A stretch of 63,967 nt of DNA, counting the filler, from Chiloscyllium plagiosum (lineage: Eukaryota), in NCBI RefSeq assembly GCF_004010195.1. It is 5 parts of one record of this genome, joined end to end, with 100 filler letters (N's around TTAATTAATTAA, not from the genome) between each part and the next. Parts side by side here need not be neighbours in the genome. Positions count along the whole stretch, not along the records: positions 1 to 20,731 come from NC_057714.1; positions 20,832 to 41,289 come from NC_057714.1; 3 more parts are not named here. The stretch is one strand, 5' to 3'. How positions within the stretch are numbered: the stretch's first letter is position 1; each line of letters opens with the position of its first letter. A program made the translations under genes and the position numbers. The notes beneath the pieces are model-generated. The model searched no databases. It was not told the DNA's origin and saw only the letters and a list, made by a program, of their open reading frames with translations. Shown one piece after another: positions 11,319 through 24,471 of the stretch.

Positions 11319-12919
11319 TATGTCTCTTCATAGTTAATATGTCAGGATGCATTTAAGTGGCCTGCTTATATCATTACCCTCTAATAAGCTGTGACCTTGT
11401 GGTATAAAGACCTCAGAATTCATGTAAACTTGGGTCACTTGAAGCATGACAGTCTACTAGAAGCAGGCTCTTATACTGTAACCAAATGACCAAATACTAG
11501 CCCACACACTTACGTACTGGTGAATATAATGTTAGTATGTCTTAGTGAGCTGTTGCAAATATCTGACAGAATTTTCAACACCATATTATCTACACCTAAA
11601 TTTTAATTTTACAAGGAATAATATAAGCGTTTTCTCATCAGGTAAAATATCCTGCTGGAGGCAAAACCCAGATCAAGTTATGGACGTCAAAAAGATAGAG
11701 GTGAGCTTGGAGGGAGTGACAGGTAATGAGGGCTTCTGTCCCTGGGCAGTTGGGTGACCTTCTAAGGGCATCAGAAATCCCAGCACCTCCCACTAAATCC
11801 ATGAGGCACCACAAAATGATTAGTGGCCTCAGGAATAATGGGTGTGAATCATGAATCAATCTAATTGACATCTCATTGTTGGTGGCCAGGATTCCCACAT
11901 CAGCTCCCACCCCTGTCCTCTGCGAGGCTGCCATGGTTTCTACTACTATGCTGGATTGCATTAAGCCCAGTCAAGTGAGATCAAAGGGCTGAAAGATCAG
12001 TGGGCTGTCCTAGGAGATTCTGCATTCCTATTATCGGGCAAAAGATTTTCATAGTTGTTGATGTGTTGAGCCTGTTCAAAACCAATAGCCTACGTTAGGA
12101 AGACAGAACAGAGAAAATCATAATGTCTGCTTTACATGGAGTTTGATTTTGTTATGTAGCTGTCTGAAAGGGTCAACCTAGATATTGTCACAAAGTTGCA
12201 TTTGGAAAGCAATTTTATTCAAATTGTTCGTTTCTGTTACAGTATATGGAATAAACACTCTACCTCCTGGAGTGCAATTTGATTCTAATCCAACTTGTAC
12301 TTTATTTCATCTTCATTTGCAAGGTAATCTGACAGCTGATCTGTGGGATATCCATTTCCTGCAAATACACCTGGATAATGTTATAAAATGTAAAGAAGTG
12401 TTCCACAGTGGGGTGTTGCATTGAATCAATCCATTTCTCACAGCATGAAATAGAAGTACAAACTCCACTAGAAAGTAAAGTCACCTTTTCATGTCCCAAA
12501 GAATATACATTCAATGTACTTGAGATTTGTGACTCCATTCGTAAATATCTGAGTCATTTTAGTGCCAACCCTTTTAAGCAGCTTTTCCAACGTTATTTCT
12601 TAATAAAATGGTGACAACTTTGAAACAGCCTTGAAAGCAGGTGCAGGAATCCCTCAGCACAATTTACCTAAGGACAGTTCCTTCCTGAGCAGGCAGCAAG
12701 CAAATGTTGCGCTGCCTGCGCATTGCCTTGATTGCAGTTTGCAGACAAAATGAGGCAAATCTGTTGAGTGACTGCATGCCCGAGCATGAGGCCCACTTTC
12801 AGGAGAGGTTAACACCAATTAAAGCTAGTCTAACAACTTAAATGGGAGATGCATTCTGGTTGAGGTAGAAGCCAGGAGAGTGTCCAAGTAGGAATAGCAC
12901 TGCATAGTGCTTCAATAAG

Positions 12920-13670
12920 ACACGGTGCATGCTCCAACAGTCTCTGACACAACAGTGGAAACCTTAATACAGTAGGTGGTTGCCAGGAGACAGCCCCTCT
13001 ATTTGTTAGAGACCACGAAGCCCTTCAGATACAACCAACGCAGAGGAAGCAGACCGTTCTTGAGCCATATGAACACAGAATAAGGAAAAATAGGCCACCT
13101 GGCCTTCTAAGCCTGCACCACAATTCAATAAGATCATGGCTGATCTGAGTTTTACCTCAGCTCAGTATTTCTGCACATCTGATAATCTTTCATCCCCTTG
13201 GTAGAATAGAATAGTAATTTATTGTCACTTGTATTTTTTACAAAAAAAAGCAAAAACTCTTTAAACCATCGTACTCCACTGCCATTTTAATAACAAATTA
13301 TGTATATTTTTTTAAAAATTAAGACAAAGTCCATCGTAGTTCAATTCACAGCCCTAGGGCTTTGAAATTGAGGAAAGGCATCCCAGGCCATTGGAATTCT
13401 GGGGTCGGACCCACCATGACGTTGAAGAAGCCACCACAAGGTATCACAAGCGGGATGAACCTCTGCCTTAAAGTTATTCAAGGATTCTGCATCCACTGCC
13501 TTTTGAGGAAATGAAGAAGTTATTTCCTCATCTCTGCTTCAAATGGGAACACCTTCATTTTTAAACCATGACCCCCTAGTTCTAGAGTCAATACCAGCTT
13601 GGGAATCTGGGTAAGTGCCTCAAGCAAATTAATGGCTTCACAAAAATGATTAAGGTCAGTCAATGTATCT
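12920..13670 (+). mobile_element. Second degenerate Harbinger Myb/SANT exon, interrupted by LINE insertions
   Basis: HAPTVSDTTVETLIQ*VVARR at ~12930 and CLKQINGFTKMIK|gtcagt at ~13616-13660 parallel the 1.9-kb copy. Confidence 0.45.
13070..13585 (-). mobile_element. Old CR1 3' end with a nested element (13203-~13460)
   Basis: Reverse CR1 3'UTR and ...EMRK region. The nested piece has a minus-strand tail GTGACAATAAATTACTATTCTATTCT. Confidence 0.65.
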
Positions 13671-14360
13671 TTAAATACCTTTTCATAACAATAAACCAAT
13701 AACTGTAAAGACTGCACAATTGAAGACCTCCTCTTCACTTTCTACCAATAATCTTTATTAACTATAGATCTCATCTGAAGTCATGTCAGATGACATTTTG
13801 CTCATTTCTAATGCTCCTCTGTACATCCCCTTTACTCTCTCAAACTTTCAATTTTCATGCTGCATGTTGTCTAGGCTTGAACTTGATATCCTGTCTCCTA
13901 ACCACAGATGTACCCTTGACCTATTCTCCTTTCAGATTCCCAAAAACTGCGATTTGCTCTCAATGGTGCAAAAGTAAAGAAAAATGGAAGAAGAAACTGA
14001 TATTATCTCACACTCACAGTGACTAGCTTAAGGGTTAATACTGTGTATACAGTCAGCTGGAGGCAGGATCTCATGTAAGTAAGTCATAGGACATGTGTTA
14101 TGATCCCGTGGACAAGGTCAGATTCCATAATGAAATCTGACAGGACAGATCATATATTTAATTCTTTGGAGTTGGTTAATGTAATGGTTAGTCAATGAAA
14201 CATATTCACACAAGGCTACAGAGGTCTTTCAACAACAGGACATAAGTTCACTCCATAAAAGCAAAATGAAAGGCAATATAACTGTATATTGAAGACATTA
14301 GAAAAATCTCAGCACAAACATTCAAAGAAAGTTGCAACCTATTTCCCAACACTATCTACT

Positions 14361-15156
14361 AGAGTCATAGAGTCATAGAGATGTACAGCATGGAAACAGA
14401 CCCTTAGGTCCAACCCGTCCATGCCGATCAGATATCCCAACCCAATCTAGTCCCACCCGGCCCCTATCCCTCCAAACCATTCTTCTTCATATACCCATCC
14501 AAATGCCTCTTAAATGTTGCAATTGTACCAGCCTCCAACACTTCCTCTGGCAGCTCATTCCATACACGTACTACCCTCTGTGTGAAAAAGTTGTCCCCTT
14601 AGGTCTCTTTTATATCTTTTCCCCCCTTACCCTAAACTGATGTCCTCTAGTTCTGGACTCTCCAACCCCAGGGAAAAGACTTTGCCGATTTACCCTATCC
14701 ATGCCCCTCATAATTTTGTAAACCTCTATAAGGTCACCCCTCAGCCCCTCCTATAGCTCAAATCCTCCAAACCTGGCAACTTCCTTGTAAATCTTTTCTG
14801 AACCCTTTCAAGTTTCACAACATCTTTCCGATAGGAAGGAGACCAGAATTGAATGCAATATTCCAACTGTGGCCTAACCAATGTCATGTACAGCCGCAAC
14901 ATGACCTCCCAACTCCTGTACTCAATACTCTGGCCTATAAAGGAAAGCATACCAAACGCCTTCTTTACTATCCAATCTACCTGCGACTCCACTTTCAAGG
15001 AACCTGCACTCCAAGGTCTCTTTGTTCAGCAACACTCCCAAGGACCTTACCATGAAGTGTATGAGTCCTGCTAAGATTTGCTTTCCCAAAATGCAACACT
15101 TCACATTTATCTGAATTAAACACCATCTGACACTTCTCAGCCCATTGGCCCATCTG
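14361..15156 (-). mobile_element. CR1 3' portion (RT C-terminus, 3'UTR, (GACTCTAT)n tail)
   Basis: Motifs QMVFNSDKCEVLHFG and LVRPQLEYCIQFWSP. The tail is at 14361-14380. Confidence 0.92.
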
Positions 15157-15159
15157 GTA

Positions 15160-15330
15160 CAGAGTTGAAACTTTATTGCTGGAACAGCACAGCAGGTCAG
15201 GCAGCATCCAGGGAACAGGAGATTTGACGTTTCGGGCACAGGCCCTTCTTCAGGAATGAGCAGAGAGTGTTCAGCAGGAGAAGATAAAAGGTAGGGAGGA
15301 GGGACTTGGAGGAGGGGAGTTGGAAATGGT
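15160..15330 (-). mobile_element. Penelope-like terminal fragment with hammerhead core
   Basis: Minus strand reads TTCCTGAAGAAGGGCCTGTGCCCGAAACGTC. Confidence 0.8.
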
Positions 15331-15633
15331 TGGTCAACATGATTAGAAGGTTGTGGGGAGATTGAGGAGGCAGGGAGAGATCAAATCATAGTGACGAGTA
15401 GGGTTTGGAGAAAGGTGGCCAATCACAGTGCAGGAACAGGTTCACTTGAGGGACCAGATGAGGTCCTGTTTCTGCTGTGTAGGGTTTTGATTTACAATCT
15501 GTAACTTGCTGATTTTAGGAGGTTTGAATCACTCCCATATCCCAAACACTTTGGAGTCATGGGAGTTTTCGCTCAACACTGAGGAAAACGCAGTTTTAAA
15601 GACCATTCGGTAGCTGAGGTCCTTGCTGGTGGT

Positions 15634-16180
15634 NNNNNNNNNNNNNNNNNNNNNNNNNNNNNNNNNNNNNNNNNNNNNNNNNNNNNNNNNNNNNNNNNNN
15701 NNNNNNNNNNNNNNNNNNNNNNNNNNNNNNNNNNNNNNNNNNNNNNNNNNNNNNNNNNNNNNNNNNNNNNNNNNNNNNNNNNNNNNNNNNNNNNNNNNNN
15801 NNNNNNNNNNNNNNNNNNNNNNNNNNNNNNNNNNNNNNNNNNNNNNNNNNNNNNNNNNNNNNNNNNNNNNNNNNNNNNNNNNNNNNNNNNNNNNNNNNNN
15901 NNNNNNNNNNNNNNNNNNNNNNNNNNNNNNNNNNNNNNNNNNNNNNNNNNNNNNNNNNNNNNNNNNNNNNNNNNNNNNNNNNNNNNNNNNNNNNNNNNNN
16001 NNNNNNNNNNNNNNNNNNNNNNNNNNNNNNNNNNNNNNNNNNNNNNNNNNNNNNNNNNNNNNNNNNNNNNNNNNNNNNNNNNNNNNNNNNNNNNNNNNNN
16101 NNNNNNNNNNNNNNNNNNNNNNNNNNNNNNNNNNNNNNNNNNNNNNNNNNNNNNNNNNNNNNNNNNNNNNNNNNNNNNNN
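15634..16180. other. Assembly gap (N run)
   Basis: Run of N. Confidence 0.99.
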
Positions 16181-17510
16181 GACATGATTTCCCACGCACA
16201 AAGCCATGTTGACTATCCCTAATCAGTCCTTGCCTTTCCAAATACATGTACATCCTGTGTCTCAGGATTCCCTCCAACAACTTGTCCACCACCGAGGTCA
16301 GGCACACCGGTCTATAGTTCCCTGGTTTGTCTTTACCGCCCTTCTTAAACAGTGGCACCACGTTTGCCAACCTCCAGTCTTCTGGCACCTCACCTGTGAC
16401 TATTGATGATACAAATATCTCAGCAAGAGACTCAGCAATCACTTCTCTCGCTTCCCACAGAGTTCTCGGGTACACCTGATCAGGTGCTGGGGATTTATCA
16501 ACCTTTACCCGTTTCAAGACATCTAGCACTTCCTCCTCTGTAATCTGGACATTTTGCAAGATGTCACCATCTATTTCCCTACAGTCTATATCTTCCATAT
16601 CCTTTTCCACAGTAAATACTGATGCAAAATATTCATTTAGTATCTCTCCCATTTTCTGTGGCTCCACACAAAGGCCGCCTTGCTGATCTTTGAGGGGCCC
16701 TATTCTCTCCCTGGTTATCATTTTTATCCTTTTGTCCTTAATATATTCGTAAAAACCCTTGGGATTCTTCTTAATTCTATTTGCCAAAGCTATCTCATGT
16801 CCCCATTTTGCCCTCCTGATTTCCCTCTTAAGTATACTCCTACTTTCTTTATAGTCTTCTAAGGATTCACTCGATCTCTCCTGTCTATACCTGACATATG
16901 CTTCCTTCTTTTTTTTAACCAAACCCTCAATTTCTTTAGTCATCCGGCATTCCCTATACCTACCAGCCTTTCCTTTCACCCTGACAGGAATATACTTTCT
17001 CTGGATTCTTGTTATCTCATTTCTGAAGGCTTCCAATTTTCCAGCCGTCTCTTTACCTGTGAACATCTGACTCCAATCAGCTTTTGAAAGTTCTTGCCCA
17101 ATACCATCAAAATTGGCCTTTCTCCAATTTAGAACGTCAACTTTTAGTTCTGGTCTATCCTTTTCCATCACTATTTTAAAACGAATAGAATTATAGTCAC
17201 TGGTCCCAAAGTGCTCCCCCACTGACATCTCAGTCACCTGCCCTGCCTTATTTCCCAAGAGTAGGTCAAGTTTTGCACCTTCTCTAGTAGGTACATCCAC
17301 ATACTGAATCAGAAAATTGTTTTGTACACACTTAAGAAATTCCTCTCCATCTAAACCTTTAACACTATGGCAGTCCCAGTCTATGTTTGGAAAGTTAAAA
17401 TCCCCACCCATAACTACCCTATTATTCTTACAGATAGCTGAGATCTTCTTACAAGTTTGTTTCTCAATTTCCTTCTGACTAATAGGGGGTCTATAATATA
17501 ATCCCAATAC
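16181..17510 (-). mobile_element. Young CR1 ORF2 (APE C-half, linker, RT start), uninterrupted frame
   Basis: About 440 open codons with YYRPP, GDFNFP, LDLLL, KSPAPD, WRLANVVPLFKKG, NYRPV and SQHGFVRGKSC. Confidence 0.95.
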
Positions 17511-18509
17511 AATCCCACTCCAGAGACTTTCTTTCCCTTCCACTATTACGAACATTTATTTCAAAATTTATTTCCAGGCTTGGTGACATGAACCTATTAT
17601 AATTCTGATGGTATTAAACTTTTTAAGTTCTAACAACTTGAAGATTTCTATACAAACCCTCCTGGTGTGGAGACTTCACAGACTAGAAACCAATTCTGCT
17701 GAAGTGACTGGTTCCCATGAACTAAATGGAAAGATTTGTTCTTCTGCTGGGAGAAAATCATACTCTTTGGTACTGAACCTGAACCTTCTGTTCTGTGGTC
17801 AAAGCTAAGCTAATTTGCTTAATGATAGATAGAGTAAACCCAAAAATACAAACATTTTATCTACTAGCGTTACAAGGGTTATTTCTGGCACCTGATGCAG
17901 TCATATGCTTTCTCAGAATGAGTGCACTTACACTATTGTTTCAAATACAAGTTATGACTTTCAATTTTTAAAAAAAAAACCTTCACAGGTCTGATTATTA
18001 TCTATTTTTTCTCTATTTTAAATCTAAATCCCAAAATTGTAGTATGTTTTCCAGGTTTATCATAGTTGCAACCAGAACTGAGGTGACAAGATCATAGGAA
18101 TCAATTAACAGGAAGGGGAGGCCATACACACATTCTGCTACAGAGAATTCAGGTGAGGAACTTGATGGAGTGGTGTTTATAAAAGTACTGGTGGGTGTGT
18201 ACATGCAAATGAATGGTGACCAGAGACTGAAGTCATAGTCAAAAGTGAAGAGTCTGGCGTCTTACACTTGGAGTACATCCTTTTTGACATTGACGTAATG
18301 GTCAACTCAATTACAAAATGTGGATCCAGCCATGAGGCAAAGTTCTGTAGTCAATGCCTCAGTTTTAATTCCAAAATTCAATTGTTATTGAGTAGTTGCA
18401 TATTTTAAAAGTGAACGCGTGCAGTCATGCTAAGTAGCAGAACAACTTTTATTTAAAAATGGAGGACATTTTACATAACTAGGTAAGATTTAGAGAGATA
18501 AAGGTCAAA

Positions 18510-20731
18510 CACAGGAAAACCATTTTGCCAGAGCGGCGAGGAGAGAAGGAGTGGTGAAGCGAGGGCTGCCGGGAAGGGTGAGTTTTCCCCCATTAAAAGG
18601 GACTTACCTCGCGAGTCGGGTCTCCATTTGCTGAGAGGTGCGAGGGAGAAGCGAAGTACTTCTGGGAAGTCATATATTTATGTGGTTGCATTACCTGAAA
18701 CACTGCTCGGGTAGTGTCTCCCACCCATCCTCCTCCTCTAACCAAAACAAAAATTCTGTGCGCAGATTGGTAAGGTAACAAGTTTATTTTTTATTCCTTA
18801 TTTTTTCAATAGTCTCTTTGGGATTTTAGAATCGTGGGAATGGAGATTAGGGCAGTTGAATGTTCCTCCTGCAGAATGTGGGAGGTAAGGGTCCCCACTA
18901 GTGACCCTGCTGACTACATCTGCGGTAAGTGCACCCAGCTCCAGCTCCTCGAAAACCGCGTTAGGGAACTGAAGCTAGAGCTGGATGAACTTCGGATTAT
19001 TCCGGAGGCAGAGGGGGTTATTGAGCGGAGTTACAGGGAGGTAGTCACTCCTCAGGTACAAGAAAAAGGCAGATGGATTACAGTCAGGGGATGGAAAGGG
19101 AACCGGCAGGCAGTGTAGGGATCCGCTGTGGCCATTCCCTTCAACAATAAGTATACCGTTTTGGATACTGTTGGGGGGGACAACTTACCAGGGGAAAACA
19201 GTGGGGTACAGGGCTCTGGCACAGAATCTGGCCCTGCTGCTCAGAAGGGAAGGGGGAAGAGGAGCAGAGCATGAGTCATTGGGGACTCCATAGTTAGGGG
19301 GACAAATAGGAGATTCTGTGGGGACGAGAGAGACTCATGGTTGGTGTGTTACCTCCCAGGTGCCAGGGTTCATGATGTCTCTGATCGTGTTTTTGGGATC
19401 CTTAAGGGGGAGGGGGAGCAGCCCCAAGTCATGGTCCACATAGTTACCAATGACATAGGTAGGAAGAGAGATGGGGATTTAAGGCAGAAGTTCAGGGAGC
19501 TAGGATGGAAGCTTAGAACAGAGTTGTCTCTGGTTTGTTGCCTGTGGATAATTGGAGCTCTTTCTGGGGTAGCTGGGACCTCTACAAGCAGGATGGTCTT
19601 CATCTGATCCAGAGGGGGGGGGGGGGGGGGGGGGAATTCACGAAGGCTATTGGGGTGGGTTTAAACTCATTCAGCAGGGGGATGGGAACCAAAATTTAGT
19701 TCGCGTATAGAAAAGATTGAGAGTAGGAAGGTCCAAAATCAAGTTTCAGGGACGCAAGATGGCACCGGCAAGCAAGACGTTGGTTTGAAGTGTGTCTACT
19801 TCAACGCCAGGAGCATCCAGAATAAGGTGGCAGCATGGGTTGGTACCTAGGTCTTCGATGTTGTGGCCATTTCGGAGACATGGATAGAGCAGGAACAGGA
19901 ATGGTTGTTGCAGGTTCCAGGATTTAGATGTTTCAGTAAGAACAGAGAAGATGGTAAAAGAGGGGGAGGTGTAGCATTGTTGGTCAAGGACAGTATTACA
20001 GTTGCAGAAAGGATGTTTGGGGGCTCGTCAACTGAGGTAGTATGGGCTGAGGCTAGAAACAGAAAAGGAGAGGTCACCCTGTTGGGAGTTTTCTATAGGC
20101 CTCCGAATAGTTCCAGAAATGTAGAGGAAAGGATAGCAAAGGTGATTCTCGATAGGAGTGAGAGAGACAGGGTAGTTGTCATGGGGGACTTCAACTTTCC
20201 AAATATTGACTAGGAACACTATAGTACGAGTATTATAGATGAGTCAGTTTTTGTCCAGTGTGTGCAGGAGGGCTTCCTAACACAGTATGTAGACAGGCCA
20301 ACAAGGGGCGAAGCCACATTAGATTTGGTACTGGGTAATGTGCCCGGCCAGGTGTTAGACTTGGAAGTAGCTGAGCACTTTGGTGATAGCGATCACAATT
20401 CTGTTTTGTTTACTTTAGTGATAAAAAGGGATAGGTGTATACCACTGGGTGAGAGTTACGGCTGGGGGAAAGGCAATTATGATGCGATTAGGCAAGATTT
20501 AGGCAGCATAGGACAGGGAAGGAAATTGCAGGGGATGGGCACATTAGAAATGTGGAGCTTTATTCAAGGAAAAGCTCCTGAGTATCCTAGATAAGTGTGT
20601 ACCTGTCAGGCAGGGAGGAAGCTGTAGAGCGCAGGAGCCGTGGTTTATGAAGGAAGTGGAATCTCTGGTCAAGAGGAAGAAGAAGGCTTATGTTAGGGTG
20701 AGATGTGAAGGCTCAGTTAGGGCACTTGAGG
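18510..20731 (+). mobile_element. CR1 5' half: 5'UTR, ORF1 (C2C2 Zn finger, coiled coil, SGNH esterase), ORF2 APE
   Basis: Reads VECSSCRMWE..YICGKC..LENRVRELKLEL, then IGDSIVRG and LPGARV, then FNARSI, ISETW, YRPP and GDFNFP. Contains stops and deletions; truncated by a gap. Confidence 0.92.
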
Positions 20732-20831
20732 NNNNNNNNNNNNNNNNNNNNNNNNNNNNNNNNNNNNNNNNNNNNTTAATTAATTAANNNNNNNNNNNNN
20801 NNNNNNNNNNNNNNNNNNNNNNNNNNNNNNN
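20732..20831. other. 100-bp gap with artificial TTAATTAATTAA linker (same design at 41290-41389, 50803-50902, 61114-61213)
   Basis: 44 N + TTAATTAATTAA + 44 N. Confidence 0.95.
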
Positions 20832-20940
20832 GGGTAAATGTAGGGGTATGGGTGGGTTACGCTTCGGCGGGTCGGTGTGGACTTGCTGGGCCGAAGGGCC
20901 TGTTTCCACACTGTAATGAATCTAATCTAATCTAAAAAAA
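20832..20940 (+). mobile_element. HE1-type SINE 3' end
   Basis: GGGTCGGTGTGGACTTG.TGGGCCGAAGGGCCTGTTTCCACACTGTA followed by an (ATCTA)n tail. Confidence 0.8.
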
Positions 20941-23900
20941 CCCAAACCGGTCTAGAGTATAGCCACTCAACCCAGTCAAATGCCTTCTTTGCATCTAAAG
21001 AAATCACCAATCCCTGTATTGACTGCTGTTGGCATGCTTGAATTACGTTAAGCAGCCTCCTAACATTATTGGAGGATCTGCAACCCTTTATGAAGCCCGT
21101 CTGATCCTCTTTAATAATAGAGGGTAACACAGTCTCCAGCCTTAACGCAAGAGCCTTAGAGAGGATTTTAAAGTCCACATTTAAGAGCAAGATGGGCCTG
21201 TATGAAGCACAGTCTTCCGGATCCTTCCCTTATTTAAGGATAAGTGAAATATTGGCCTCTCTCAGAGACGGTGGGAGACAAACATGACTGTATGAATCAT
21301 TAAACATATTCAGCATCGAGCCTGAGAGTATACTTATAAATTCATTATAGAATTCACTGGGAAGTCCATCAGGACCAGGCGCCTTTCCACTCTGAAGTTG
21401 GCTCACAGCTTCCTGCACTTCTTGCTCTGATAATGGGGCATTGAGAAAGGACTGTTGTTCGGGAGTCACACCCGGGAGCTTCAGATCTCTAAAAAAGGAT
21501 TCCATTTTGGCCTGCCCCTCCTCACAATCCTCAGACTGATATAACTAAGAGTAGAATCTCTGGAACGCCACAATAATCTTTTTAGAATCACGTGTTAGGT
21601 TCCCAGACCCTTCCCTAATCACTGTAATGGTTTGTGGGGCACTCCTCTTTCTGGCAAGGTATGCTAAGTATTTGCCTGGCTTGTCACCATGCTCATATAA
21701 CCTTTGATTTGCAAAAGCCAGCTCCTTCTTTGCTGTCTGTGTGAGCACGGAATTTAGTGCAGACCGAGTGCCGTAATCCTCTGTAGTTTGACCAACGAGG
21801 GTCTGTCAAAATAGGCCTTCTCGGCTGCCTTCAACTGTGCTTCAAGGAGACGTTGCTGCTCACCCTTCTGCCGCTTCCTACTTGCGGAATATGAAATAAC
21901 TAACCCTCTGGCATAAGCTTCGGCAGTTTCCCAGAGAACAGATGAGCTATAAACCGAGCCTATGTTGATGTCTAGGAATGCCCGAAATTCCCTAGAGAAA
22001 TACTCCACAAACTTGCTGTCCTGAGGATAAAGGGATCTATTTGCCAGTACCTTGAACCCACTGTAACGTCCTTAGTCTTAACCATAAGGTACACTGGAGC
22101 ATGATCAAAGATGGCAATATTACTAATTGTACAGGATGCCACCAGATCCAGAGTTACCGCAGGGGTCAGAAAAAATCAATCCTCATGTGACATCTGTGCG
22201 GATTGGAGAAAAACATGAAATCCCTACCTGTAGGGTGGAGACACCTCCAAATGTCCACCAATCGTAATTCCCCACACAGACCCATTAACTGTTTAGTTTG
22301 TGCAGAGGGTATCGAGGGACCTTTAGGCAACCTGTCTACTGTGGGGTCCATGAGGCAATTAAATTCTCCCCCTATAATGATGTGCCGAGCCTTGAGACTT
22401 ATCAGTTTAGAAAAAGCATCTACCAAGAATTTAAGAGGATGAGCTGGGGGACAATAAACATTTAAAATGCCATATTCTTCCCCATTTATCAAGGCTTTAA
22501 GAATTACAAACCTCCCGTATGTGTCTTTAACACATTCCAACAATTTAAATGAGAGATTTTTCCTAACCAATATAGCCACTCCCCTACATCTGGTATTAAA
22601 TGATGAAAAATAAACTCGGTCAAAGCCATTCTGCTGTAATCTCAGATGCCCCTTGTCATCCAAATGAGTCTCCTGTAACAAAGCAATATCCACCTACTCC
22701 TTTCTAAGACTCAAGAGTACCTTATTCCTCTTAATTGGTGAGTGACTTCCCTTGATAATCCAGGTACACCATTTAATCAAATCATTAGCCATAATCATCT
22801 GCAATTACATTTAAATTCCAGAGAGGAGGAACCCGAACCACAAATTGCTGAGCCTTAGTGTCGCATGGTCCACCAAATACAAAAACTACATAAACTAAAA
22901 CCACTACATTTAACAAACATACAAAATTATTAAAAATAAAAACAACAAAAACCAGAAAACAAACCAACATATAAAGCGCCAATAGTGCTGAGTAGGGGAA
23001 CTCAGCCCCTGCCCAGAGGGGGTAACTACCCATCCCGAACTGCCCATAAATAGGCATCTAACCATCTCAACTATCTTCACTTCTCCCAGCTAGAGCTGCA
23101 TCGCAAGCACAAGCTAAAAAGAATAAATACCCCATAGAATATCAATATGAATAAAAAAACATTATTTTATAAAAAAAAGGGGAATAAATGCCCCACCCAT
23201 CCTTTGGTATGTCCTAACTTAGAAATTTAAAATGTACATCTTACCCACCGCCAGACATAGTTTGAACTAAATTATTATCAATAGAGGAAAAAAAAGGGGA
23301 AAAACAAAGCTCCAACCGGATTTCCTCCATTTCTTTTACAGAATGATAAACGCATACCCAAGCAACAATATTTATACATATTACAATTGTTTAAATTAGG
23401 TTAGTTTGTGCACAAAGTCTCTTGCCTTCTTCGATGTGTCAAAGAGATGCATGGATCCATCTAAGGTGATCCGAAGCACTGCCGGATATCTCAGGGAGTA
23501 CTGAATCCCAAGCTCCTTCAATCTTCTCTTGACACCATCATACGATTTTTGTTTCTGGATCCCAGCCGCTGAAAAGTCCCAAAAAAAATGATCTTAGACC
23601 CCGCGTAAATTAGGGCCTTTGGAGCCTTCCCCTGGAGTCTGGAAGCCTCCATGACTCTCTCCTTATTCCAGTAATGATGGAACTGCACCAGGAAAGGATG
23701 AGGGCGTTGACCAGACCCGACCGCTGTGCTGCGACCCGGTGAGCCCTCTCTATCTTCAGTCCTCTCATGCCAGTCTCCAAGTCAAAGAATTTCAGAAGCC
23801 AATCTTCAACAAATTCTGCAGGCCGCTCACCTTCCTTACCCTCAGGCAGACCGATGATCCGAATGTTTTTTCTCCTGCCCCTGTTTTCAAGATCATCCAT

Positions 23901-24332
23901 TTGGTCACGCAAATTACGAACCTGCATCTTCAGGGCTTGGATCTCTTCCTTGAATGAACTGGCATCAGCTTCCACCACTGTGACCCTGTGCTCCACCTCA
24001 TCCGACCTCTTCTCCAGGTCTCCCAGCTGCTGCTCATGCTTCTGCAGCATCAGAGAGACTGGAGCCAGCTTCTCTTCAATCTGTTTCCCCGCTGCTGCAG
24101 GCTGAGCTGCAGGCCTGGCCTCAGATGCTCCTCCTCCCTTTTTAGGCATTTCTGGACAGCTGAAAATACAGGTAAGTCAATTTTTAAATGTTCTTGGGGC
24201 TCCACAGTCTTTCCAACCCCCCAAGAAATCCTGATGACCAGGGTTGGGTGGGTTAAAGGATCGTCCTGCTCCTGCTGCGATGCAAAGCTCTGCAGTGTGA
24301 TCTTCTCAGATCGCCGCCATCTTAGATTCCCC
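20941..24332 (-). mobile_element. L1-clade LINE, 5'-intact: 5'UTR, ORF1 (24149-23396), ~600-bp spacer, ORF2 APE and RT start (from 22792)
   Basis: ORF1 has DLENRGRRKNIRIIGLPE and IERAHR. ORF2 has DIALLQETHL, GVAIL, RIDFF, KAPGPDG, NVDFKILSK, DQTGF and SLDAKKAFD. Several stops and frameshifts. Confidence 0.93.
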
Positions 24333-24471
24333 ACAGCAGCATTTTTTAAGGTCCTATGATAAAATCCACCTGGACTCTGAGACTCATAGGAAGTATCCTT
24401 TTCCATTTCCTAGGGAAGGGAAGGTGCTTGAAAGAATTAAATCTCAGATAAATAATTTTGAGTAAGGGTCT

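Noticed and set aside
14097..14360. Possible LTR start (TGTTATGA)
   Set aside because: No matching second terminus, PBS or TSD identified.
15573..17555. 660-aa ORF and other long ORFs crossing N runs
   Set aside because: Length is inflated by N. The real part is CR1 ORF2, not a host gene.
18013..18270. Possible host exon in unique sequence
   Set aside because: Plus-strand frames stop quickly after the AG at ~18054, and the minus-strand peptide resembles nothing I recognise.
20776..20787. TTAATTAATTAA palindrome repeated in four gaps (20776, 41334, 50847, 61158)
   Set aside because: Centred in 100-bp N gaps and giving stops in all six frames; an artificial scaffolding linker, not biology.
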